A stretch of DNA of 64,000 nt, from NCBI GenBank assembly GCA_910577875.1, contig CAJTNY010000006.1, positions 397-64,396 on the forward strand, in the 5' to 3' direction. Below are positions 49,890 through 59,151 of the stretch, in pieces (within the stretch, counting starts at the first letter, position 1; each line of letters begins with the position of its first letter). Below the pieces are notes generated by a model. It was not told where the DNA came from. It was given only the letters and a program-made list of their open reading frames with translations, and searched no databases. The position numbers and the translations under genes were made by a program. The DNA is from an uncultured Christensenella sp. (GTDB lineage: Bacteria > Bacillota > Clostridia > Christensenellales > Borkfalkiaceae).

Positions 49890-50795
49890 TTGAAAATTCT
49901 CGTCATTTGCGGCGCAACTGCATCTGGTAAAACCAAATTAGCGGTTGATTGCGCTCTTAAACTTAATACGGAAATTGTTTCCGCTGATTCGCAGCTTATA
50001 TATAAGGGCTTGAATGTGGGGACGGCTAAGCCTTCAGCTGAAGAGATGTGCGGCGTAAGACATCATTTAATAGATGTTGTTGAGCCGACAGAAGGTTTCT
50101 GTGTATCGGATTATGCGGCGCAAGCAGAACCGATTTTAGACAATCTTCTGAATAGCGGTAAAATACCGGTTGTTTGCGGGGGCACCGGTTTTTACATTAA
50201 TTCTTTATTGTTCGATTTAAGTTACGGCAATGTTGCGGCAGACTCTTTAATCAGAGAAAAATATAATAAAATATTGCTTGAAAAAGGCAAGGACTATATT
50301 TACAGTATATTAAAAAATACAGACCCTGAATCCGCAGAAAAAATAAGCGTTAGCGATACGAAGCGTGTTATCAGGGCTTTGGAAATTTATGAAGTCAGCG
50401 GTATAAAGAAATCTGAAATACGCGACGATATGGAGCCTAAGCGAGAGTATTTCGCTGTGGCGTTGGATTATCCTCGCGAAGAGTTGTATAAAAGAATAAA
50501 TAAGCGTGTCGACGAAATGTTTGAGAGCGGATTGCTGGAAGAAATTGAAAATTTATTGCGTCAAGGAATTAATGAAAATTATCAATGTATGCAAGCAATT
50601 GGATACAAAGAAGTACTCGAATGTTTAAAAAATGGCAGCAATCAAAGTACTATGCGTGACATGATTAAGCAAAATACACGACGTTATGCTAAAAGGCAGA
50701 TAACTTTCTTTAAAAAATTAAAAGGGTTAATATGGCTGAAGCCCTATGAAGCTACTGCCGAAAAAGTTTTGGAGTTAATGAATGAACAATCTTGA
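49890..50795 (+). CDS. miaA: tRNA dimethylallyltransferase MiaA
   Basis: P-loop GATASGKT, then DSQLIYKGLNVGTAKP. TTG start. Confidence 0.92.
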   Translation: MKILVICGATASGKTKLAVDCALKLNTEIVSADSQLIYKGLNVGTAKPSAEEMCGVRHHLIDVVEPTEGFCVSDYAAQAEPILDNLLNSGKIPVVCGGTGFYINSLLFDLSYGNVAADSLIREKYNKILLEKGKDYIYSILKNTDPESAEKISVSDTKRVIRALEIYEVSGIKKSEIRDDMEPKREYFAVALDYPREELYKRINKRVDEMFESGLLEEIENLLRQGINENYQCMQAIGYKEVLECLKNGSNQSTMRDMIKQNTRRYAKRQITFFKKLKGLIWLKPYEATAEKVLELMNEQS

Positions 50796-51996
50796 ATTTA
50801 TAAACGATTGCGAAAAAAAGCTTTTAGAAAAATTTAAAAATGTCGATGAAATTGCTTATTTTAACCAAGTGAAAGTTTTAAAAGCGTTCGGCGAATGCCG
50901 CGTTGCATTAAGGCATTTTAACGGCACCACCGGTTATGGTTACGATGACGAGGGCAGGGACGTTCTCGGAAAACTTTATGCGAAAGTTTTCGGTGCCGAG
51001 AGCGGTATAGTTTCTCCGCACATAGTTTCCGGCACTCACGCGTTGACCGTTGCGTTATTCGGTCTGTTGCGTCCCGACGATACACTATTGTGTATAAGCG
51101 GTTTACCGTACGATACCATAAAGGGCGTAATATCCGGTAAAGATAACGGTTCTTTAAAAGATTTCGGAATAAATTTCGAATACTGTGATTTGATAGACGG
51201 AAAGTTCGATTATGAAGAAATAAGAAATAAATTCACTAAGAAAGTAAAAGTGATTTATATACAGCGTTCGCGCGGGTATGAACTACGCGATGCGTTTTCT
51301 TGCGCCGAAATAGGAGAGGCCTGTGAATTTGTAAGGTCGCTCGGTTTTACGGGTTGTATTTTTGTTGATAATTGTTACGGAGAATTCGTGGAAAAGTTCG
51401 AGCCGACCGAAACGGGCGCCGATTTGGCGGTGGGTTCTTTGATAAAGAACGCGGGCGGAGGACTTGCTCCCACAGGCGGGTATATTTGCGGAAAACAAGT
51501 TTATATAGATATGATAGGAAAACGGCTGACCGCGCCTTCGATAGGGCTTGAAGTCGGTTCCTGTTCGGGTGGGTATCAATATTTTTATCAAGGACTTTTT
51601 ATGGCTCCGCATACGGTAGCGCAAGCGGTAAAGAGCAGCCTTTTAATCGGGCAGGCAATGTCGGAACTCGGTTACGTAAATTATCCTTCTGTCGATAAAA
51701 ATCCTTACGATATTACACGCGCGATAAAATTCAACAGTGCGGAAAAAATGATAGATTTCATAAGGGAAGTGCAGTACGCTTCTCCCGTTGACGGTTACGT
51801 ATGCTGTGAGCCGTGGGATATGCCCGGGTATGAAGAACCTATTATTATGGCTGCCGGTACGTTTGTTTCAGGCGCGTCTATAGAACTCTCCGCCGACGGT
51901 CCTGTTAAACCGCCCTTTATAGCTTATTTTCAGGGCGGTCTGACTTACGAGCACGGTAAATACGCGCTTGAAAGAATATTGAATAAAATTAGGTAA
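50782..51996 (+). CDS. Methionine gamma-lyase-family PLP enzyme (YnbB / aluminium-resistance-like)
   Basis: 404 aa. FNGTTGYGYDDEGRD and SGTHAL motifs typical of this family. Usual location downstream of miaA in Bacillota. Confidence 0.8.
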   Translation: MNNLEFINDCEKKLLEKFKNVDEIAYFNQVKVLKAFGECRVALRHFNGTTGYGYDDEGRDVLGKLYAKVFGAESGIVSPHIVSGTHALTVALFGLLRPDDTLLCISGLPYDTIKGVISGKDNGSLKDFGINFEYCDLIDGKFDYEEIRNKFTKKVKVIYIQRSRGYELRDAFSCAEIGEACEFVRSLGFTGCIFVDNCYGEFVEKFEPTETGADLAVGSLIKNAGGGLAPTGGYICGKQVYIDMIGKRLTAPSIGLEVGSCSGGYQYFYQGLFMAPHTVAQAVKSSLLIGQAMSELGYVNYPSVDKNPYDITRAIKFNSAEKMIDFIREVQYASPVDGYVCCEPWDMPGYEEPIIMAAGTFVSGASIELSADGPVKPPFIAYFQGGLTYEHGKYALERILNKIR

Positions 51997-52003
51997 ATTA
52001 AGT

Positions 52004-52516
52004 ATGGTTTGTGAATTAAGACTGTGGAGAACCGAATACGCCGAAGATTTGGCGGTTTTGTTGAACAATAAAAATATTTTGGATAATCTTCGTGACGGCT
52101 TGCCTTATCCTTATACGGCAAGCGATGCGTATGATTTTATTAAAGCAATGCTAGATTTTGATAAAGATAATCTTTTCGCGTTTGCGGTATTTTACAAGAA
52201 CGAGCTTGCCGGTAGTATCGGGATATTCCGCCAGAGTAATATTCATTCGAGAACAGCTGAATTAGGATATTATATAGGCGAAAGGTTTTGGAATAAAGGT
52301 GTCGCAACCGAAGCAGTGGAAAAGATTTGTCAGTTTGTGTTTGATAATTCTGATATAATTAGAGTTTACGCGGAGCCATTTTCGCGGAATAAAGCGTCCT
52401 GCCGCGTACTAGAAAAAGCCGGTTTTGTTTGCGAGGGAACAATGAAAGCCAACGCCGTTAAAAACGGTGTTATAGAAGATATGAAAATTTATGCAAAAAT
52501 TAAAGAAGTAAAATAA
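52004..52516 (+). CDS. GNAT-family N-acetyltransferase (RimJ/RimL-like)
   Basis: 170 aa. Acetyl-CoA motif region WNKGVATEAVEKI and RVLEKAGF. Confidence 0.8.
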   Translation: MVCELRLWRTEYAEDLAVLLNNKNILDNLRDGLPYPYTASDAYDFIKAMLDFDKDNLFAFAVFYKNELAGSIGIFRQSNIHSRTAELGYYIGERFWNKGVATEAVEKICQFVFDNSDIIRVYAEPFSRNKASCRVLEKAGFVCEGTMKANAVKNGVIEDMKIYAKIKEVK

Positions 52517-52531
52517 TTAAGTTTGTATAAA

Positions 52532-52568
52532 AAACAACCTCGGCAAAAGCGTACTTCCCGTAGGGAAT
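52532..52568 (+). repeat. Left copy of a roughly 40-bp inverted repeat pair
   Basis: AAACAACCTCGGCAA-aagc-GTACTTCCCGTAGGGAAT, 16 nt after the GNAT stop codon. Confidence 0.8.
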
Positions 52569-52570
52569 AT

Positions 52571-52604
52571 AAAAAGCGAAGAATTTAAAATTTCTTCGCT
52601 TTTA
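52571..52604. terminator. Bidirectional terminator (GNAT gene / Cass2-like gene)
   Basis: AAAAAGCGAAGAA-tttaaaat-TTCTTCGCTTTT. Confidence 0.6.
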
Positions 52605-52639
52605 TAATTGAGGATAAATTGAAATTTATCTTATAAGCG

Positions 52640-53092
52640 TTATTTTACTGCTATGTATAAATAACAATGCGATTTACCGTCTTTGGTATATTCGGCAGGA
52701 ACTGTGCTTTCGTAGTCGACAGTAAAAGCGCGTTTAATATCGCCGTTTGCGGTAAGTTGCCAAACTTTCGACCACGCTTTATTTGCGCAATCGGTAATCG
52801 TTTCGCCGCTCTCGTCAATTTTTATGTATTTTCTTTGTGCGACCAATTCTTCCATTTTTGCAAAGAAATCGGCGGTTACGGTCATAACGGTTAAGTTGTA
52901 TTTGCCTTTTTCGTCGCTCTCGTAATCGCTGTATGACGAAATAGGCGAAAGTCCTTTTACGGGTACGCCGTTTTCTATAAAGTCAAGCGGGATTTTGCCC
53001 GTCATAATATCTGACCAAAGTTCGTTGATTTTCGCCATACCGCTCTCGGAATTGTCCGTGCGTATTGTTACGCTTTTAAATGAGTAAGCCAT
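52640..53092 (-). CDS. GyrI-like / Cass2-like small-molecule (effector) binding domain protein
   Basis: 150 aa stand-alone domain. Family-like pattern INELW ... YSDYESDEKGKYNLTV ... AWSKVW ... RAFTVDYE. Confidence 0.65.
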   Translation of the reverse strand: MAYSFKSVTIRTDNSESGMAKINELWSDIMTGKIPLDFIENGVPVKGLSPISSYSDYESDEKGKYNLTVMTVTADFFAKMEELVAQRKYIKIDESGETITDCANKAWSKVWQLTANGDIKRAFTVDYESTVPAEYTKDGKSHCYLYIAVK

Positions 53093-53129
53093 TGTATTCC
53101 TCCGTTAAATTACTGTTTATTGCACAATT

Positions 53130-53158
53130 ATTATACAACAACCCAATCAAAATGTAAA
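53130..53158 (-). promoter_or_regulatory. Sigma-A promoter for the Cass2-like gene
   Basis: On the minus strand, TTTACA - 17 nt - TATAAT, about 37 nt before the ATG. GGAGG RBS. Confidence 0.5.
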
Positions 53159-53159
53159 G

Positions 53160-53196
53160 AAAAAACGCACTTACCTTGCTTGCAAGGTATAGTGCG
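53160..53196 (-). terminator. Intrinsic terminator downstream of groEL
   Basis: CGCACTATACCTTGC-aa-GCAAGGTAAGTGCG (one bulge), followed on the minus strand by TTTTTT. Confidence 0.5.
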
Positions 53197-53225
53197 CTAT
53201 ACTTACATTCTGTTCCTGTGGTAAA

Positions 53226-53265
53226 ATTCCATATGGGAAATACGATAATATTGCCGAGGTTGTTT
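53226..53265 (-). repeat. Right copy of the roughly 40-bp inverted repeat pair
   Basis: The reverse complement reads AAACAACCTCGGCAA-tattatc-GTATTTCCCATATGGAAT. That is 15/15 and 15/18 identity to the left copy. It lies 9 nt after the groEL stop. Confidence 0.8.
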
Positions 53266-53273
53266 AAATTAAT

Positions 53274-55204
<1,931 letters not shown>

Positions 55205-55289
55205 AAATATTCCTCCGAAAAATGTTACTTTTTTGTACGGTTATTTTATAAACTAACCTAAATAAAATAAAACATAATAATGTAAAAAA

Positions 55290-55318
55290 TTGCTTTTTCA
55301 GAAAAAATATGTTAAAAT
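55290..55318 (+). promoter_or_regulatory. Sigma-A promoter (extended -10) for comEB-ppiB-purB
   Basis: TTGCTT - 17 nt - TAAAAT, with TGt immediately upstream of the -10. Confidence 0.5.
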
Positions 55319-55348
55319 ACAGTACAATTAATATAAGGAACGCTTTTT

Positions 55349-55801
55349 ATGGATAAGTGGGACAAAAGATTTATGGAAATGACCGAACAGATAGGTTCTT
55401 GGTCGAGTTGTTTTCAGGAAAATAGGCACGTGGGTGCGGTAATAGTTAAGAATAAAAGAATTATAGCCACAGGCTATAACGGTGCTCCTCAGGGTATTAA
55501 AAGCTGTGCGGACAAGAAAGAATGTCTGAGGAAAAAACTTAACGTCCAAAGCGGGACGATGCACGAACTTTGTTACGCGGTGCACGCGGAACAAAATGCG
55601 ATAATTCAGGCAGCGAGAGTCGGTTGCAGTGTGGAGGGGTGTACACTTTACTGTACTCATCAGCCTTGCGTTATCTGTGCGAAAATTATAATAAATTCGG
55701 GAATAAGCCGAGTCGTGTTTAAAGACGGGTATCCAGATAATTTTTCTATTCAGCTTTTCGAAGAAGCCGGAGTCAAGATTGAAAAATACAGTGAACTTTA
55801 A
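55349..55801 (+). CDS. comEB: Deoxycytidylate (dCMP) deaminase, ComEB-type
   Basis: Zn-binding motifs HAEQNAI and PCVICAKII. Confidence 0.88.
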   Translation: MDKWDKRFMEMTEQIGSWSSCFQENRHVGAVIVKNKRIIATGYNGAPQGIKSCADKKECLRKKLNVQSGTMHELCYAVHAEQNAIIQAARVGCSVEGCTLYCTHQPCVICAKIIINSGISRVVFKDGYPDNFSIQLFEEAGVKIEKYSEL

Positions 55802-55831
55802 ATAATATAAATTGAAACAGGAGACAATATT

Positions 55832-56353
55832 ATGCAAAATCCTATAGTAACAATTGAAATGTCCGACGGAGAAATTATAAAAGCAGAGCTTTATCCCGAA
55901 AAAGCGCCTAATACAGTAAACAATTTTATCAGTCTTGCATCGGGCGGTTTTTACGACGGATTGGTTTTCCACAGAATAATTTCTGGCTTTATGATACAGG
56001 GAGGAGACCCTGCCGGCGTCGGTACGGGCGGACCCGGTTATTGCATAAAGGGAGAATTTGCCTTGAACGGTTTTAAAACCAATGATATAAAGCATGAACG
56101 CGGAGTTCTCTCGATGGCGCGCGCTATGGCTCCCGACAGCGCAGGTTCTCAGTTTTTTATTGTGCATAAGAACGCATCGCATTTGGACGGACAGTACGCA
56201 GCTTTCGGAAAAGTAACCGAGGGAATAGAAGTTGTGGATAAAATCGCGTCGGTTGCAACCGATTGGAACGATAAACCAAAAAAACCTCAGGTTATGAAAA
56301 AAGTTAGTGTGGAAACTTTCGGGGTTGAATACGCTCAACCTGTAAAATGTTAA
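55832..56353 (+). CDS. ppiB: Cyclophilin-type peptidyl-prolyl cis-trans isomerase
   Basis: FHRIISGFMIQGGDP and GSQFFI motifs. AGGAGA RBS. Confidence 0.92.
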   Translation: MQNPIVTIEMSDGEIIKAELYPEKAPNTVNNFISLASGGFYDGLVFHRIISGFMIQGGDPAGVGTGGPGYCIKGEFALNGFKTNDIKHERGVLSMARAMAPDSAGSQFFIVHKNASHLDGQYAAFGKVTEGIEVVDKIASVATDWNDKPKKPQVMKKVSVETFGVEYAQPVKC

Positions 56354-56368
56354 AACGGAGTAAAAATT

Positions 56369-57805
56369 ATGACGGATAATTCGGTTTATCAGAATCCTTT
56401 GATTACAAGATATGCAAGCAAGGTTATGGCGGAAAATTTTGCGGACGAAAAGCGTTTCCGTCTTTGGAGGAAACTTTGGATTTCGCTTGCGGAATCGGAA
56501 ATGGAACTTGGTCTTAAAATAACAAAGTCGCAAATCGACGAGATGAAAAAATATGCCGAGGATATAAATTTTGAGCTTGCCGAAAAATATGAACGCGAAG
56601 TCCGTCACGACGTTATGGCTCACGTTCACGCTTTCGGTGACCAGGCAAAATCGGCTATGCCGATAATACATCTCGGTGCGACGAGCTGTTTTGTGGATTG
56701 CAATTCCGAGTTGATAATTATTTACGATGCGTTGGAAATCATAAAAGCCAAGATTGTCAACGTTTTAGACAAGCTGAGCGCTTTTGCACTTAAATATAAG
56801 GATACGCCGACGCTCGGTTTTACGCACCTTCAACCCGCACAGCTTACGACAGTAGGCAAGCGTGCGACTCTTTGGTTGCAGGATTTGACTATGGACTATA
56901 AAAACCTTGTCAATCTTCAATCTGCTTTCAAGCTTCGCGGTGTTAAGGGTACTACGGGAACTCAGGCAAGTTTTATGGAATTGTTTGAGGGCGATGAGAA
57001 CAAAGTTAAAGAATTAGAAAAAAGAGTCGTTGAAAAACTCGGTTTCGATAAAGTTTACGGAGTAACGGGTCAAACATATCCGAGAAAATTCGATTACAAC
57101 GTTCTTTGCGTTCTTTCGCAGATTGCCCAGAGCGCGTACAAATTCTCTAATGATATTCGCATACTTCAAAATATGAAAGAAATAGAGGAACCGTTTGAAA
57201 AATCACAGATAGGTTCTTCTGCTATGGCTTATAAGCGTAACCCTATGCGTAGCGAGAGAATGGGCTCGCTTGCAAGGTTTGTAATTTCGCTCCCCGTAAA
57301 CTGCGCTATTACAGCGGGAACACAGTGGTTTGAAAGAACGCTCGATGATTCGGCAAATAGAAGAATTGTTAATGCTCAGGCTTTCCTTGCGCTTGACGGA
57401 ATACTCAATATTTATATGAATGTTTCTGAAAACCTTGTCGTTTACGATAAAGTTATAGCAAAGCATATTTCGGCGGAGCTTCCTTTTATGGCGACGGAAA
57501 ATATAATGATGGAGTGCGTTAAAGCCGGCGGTAACCGGCAGGAGTTGCACGAGAAGATTAGAGTGCTTTCAATGGAGGCAGGCAAAAATGTAAAAGAGCT
57601 TGGTAAGGAAAACAATCTTATTGAACTTATTAAGGCCGATAAAATATTTGCGGCTGTGCACGGTAAACTTGATGAAATTCTCGACGCGGGGAAATTTATC
57701 GGCAGAGCGCCTTCGCAGGTTACGGAATTTATTCAAAACGAAGTAGACCCTATATTAAAAGAAAACAGCGCCGTTCTCGGACAGAAAGGCGACGTTAAAA
57801 TTTAA
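56369..57805 (+). CDS. purB: Adenylosuccinate lyase
   Basis: 478 aa. Fumarate-lyase signature GSSAMAYKRNP. Confidence 0.95.
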   Translation: MTDNSVYQNPLITRYASKVMAENFADEKRFRLWRKLWISLAESEMELGLKITKSQIDEMKKYAEDINFELAEKYEREVRHDVMAHVHAFGDQAKSAMPIIHLGATSCFVDCNSELIIIYDALEIIKAKIVNVLDKLSAFALKYKDTPTLGFTHLQPAQLTTVGKRATLWLQDLTMDYKNLVNLQSAFKLRGVKGTTGTQASFMELFEGDENKVKELEKRVVEKLGFDKVYGVTGQTYPRKFDYNVLCVLSQIAQSAYKFSNDIRILQNMKEIEEPFEKSQIGSSAMAYKRNPMRSERMGSLARFVISLPVNCAITAGTQWFERTLDDSANRRIVNAQAFLALDGILNIYMNVSENLVVYDKVIAKHISAELPFMATENIMMECVKAGGNRQELHEKIRVLSMEAGKNVKELGKENNLIELIKADKIFAAVHGKLDEILDAGKFIGRAPSQVTEFIQNEVDPILKENSAVLGQKGDVKI

Positions 57806-57865
57806 ACATCGATTATAATAATAAACAGTTTCGCAAAGCTACGAAACCGTCTTCGGCGGAGCATT

Positions 57866-58036
57866 ATGAAAAAATACCGATAGTTCCTGTTGGTAATAAG
57901 CAGTGTATTGTGTTTGTTTGCTTTATTCGCTGTGTACGGTTGCAAAACGGACGAGATTGTAATTACGGAATATTCAATAAAGTATGAAACGGACGGAAAC
58001 GGCACGATTATTAGGAAAAACAACTCAACCAATTGA
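57866..58036 (+). pseudogene. Lipoprotein gene fragment with in-frame TAG at codon 6
   Basis: MKKYR-TAG-FLLVISSVLCLFALFAVYGC (lipobox VYGC). It ends at TGA 58034-58036, and the sequence continues in another frame (ORF 57984-58271). Confidence 0.45.
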
Positions 58037-58201
58037 CGAGAGAAAAGCCTGTTCGGCTGTAATGGGATTTGGTTTATATAGTAAAAGTACTATATTGACG
58101 GGGTTTGTAGATTATTCGGGCTATGTGGAACTGAAAGCGGTAACCGAGAGTGAAAATGAATCAGAAAAAGTATTAAAAAATCGAAAAATCAATATTGAAT
58201 A

Positions 58202-58429
58202 TTGTGGAGACGAAATAAATATGCGTTATACAACTTATTTGGCGAAATATTTGAAAACGCTCAATACATAGAATGGAATCTTGCTTTAATAGTTTCTGAA
58301 TCTCACAATGAGGCAATAAATTTATTTGAAAAAATCTCGGAATATATTTTAGATAAACGCAATTATCTTGCTCATCATTTTTTAAGCAAAACGATATTGT
58401 TAAACATAAAAACAACGAAAAATTTTTAA
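58202..58429 (+). pseudogene. HEPN-like remnant (Rx4H motif)
   Basis: A 75-codon fragment with DKRNYLAHHF (R-x4-H) near its end. Protein-like continuations occur in other frames upstream and downstream. No credible start or RBS. Confidence 0.3.
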
Positions 58430-58751
58430 GAAATAAAATAGGCGAATTGCAGAACATTTTTGACGCGATTTCAAAATTATAACAGTGCATTATCGGACTT
58501 TTATAGAAAGAATTTTAGGAAATAATAAAAGGTTTATATTTTTATAAGGATAGTATAGTTGTTGGAAACAAATTACCCGACAATAAGTAACAATTTCTAT
58601 TACCCGTTCACCTCCGTAACATTTAACGCATTTTTTAAGCGTTTTGGTGTAAAAACGGCATAAAAATGCCATTAGGCCAAATTACCCTAATGGCACTGCG
58701 CAACACGGAACATAAGTTAAAACCCTTGCGAGTGGGCTGGGTGGGAATAAA

Positions 58752-58779
58752 AGAAAAAAGCAATGCCTAAGCCATTGCT
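58752..58779 (-). terminator. Terminator-like hairpin (minus-strand orientation favoured)
   Basis: AGCAATG-cctaagc-CATTGCT. On the minus strand it is followed by TTTTTTCTTTT. Confidence 0.4.
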
Positions 58780-59003
58780 CTTATCTTTGAATGGGACAAA
58801 GCCCGAAACACCGTTAATGAAAATGTATTCCATTTTCTTAATATTCAAACTTTGTCGATTGTGGCAGGGGAGACACGAGCTTAACTTTAGGTTAAATTTA
58901 CGAAAAAATCCTTAAAATATTGTAAAAAACAAGTAAAATTAGATTAAAATGACTAAATTATTACTTTAAAAAAATGAAAATTTAAATTTTTTTAGAAATT
59001 TTA

Positions 59004-59032
59004 GTGGACACTTTTGTGTTCACTATTTTTTT
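59004..59032 (+). terminator. Terminator-like hairpin upstream of the large NTPase gene
   Basis: GTGGACAC-tttt-GTGTTCAC (one G-U), followed by TATTTTTTT. Confidence 0.4.
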
Positions 59033-59151
59033 AGAGTTTGCACTTACAAATTACAACTATAATTCGAAAGAAAATTGGAAATTATTGTGTAAATTGGTTT
59101 TTTCTGTTTTATAAAATATATAAAGATAATTAAAAATTTTTAGGCAAAATT

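Noticed and set aside
50782-50800. Missing hfq between miaA and the ynbB-like gene
   Set aside because: miaA and the next gene overlap, so there is no room for a small ORF. hfq may lie elsewhere or be absent from the lineage. This cannot be judged from one window.
52532-53265. Integron attC interpretation of the inverted repeats around the Cass2-like gene
   Set aside because: There are no GTTRRRY/RYYYAAC core sites and no intI or attI nearby. The two copies are inverted around the gene, rather than forming a single 3' attC.
55328-56671. 447-codon minus-strand ORF
   Set aside because: It is antisense to three well-supported genes (comEB, ppiB, purB). The translation is F/R/C/H-rich and low in complexity, with no recognisable domain or RBS. 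This is a typical shadow ORF.
58490-58672. 60-codon minus-strand ORF in the spacer upstream of the NTPase
   Set aside because: No RBS, and an odd Cys/Tyr/Phe-rich translation. The region is better explained as non-coding structured DNA or RNA.
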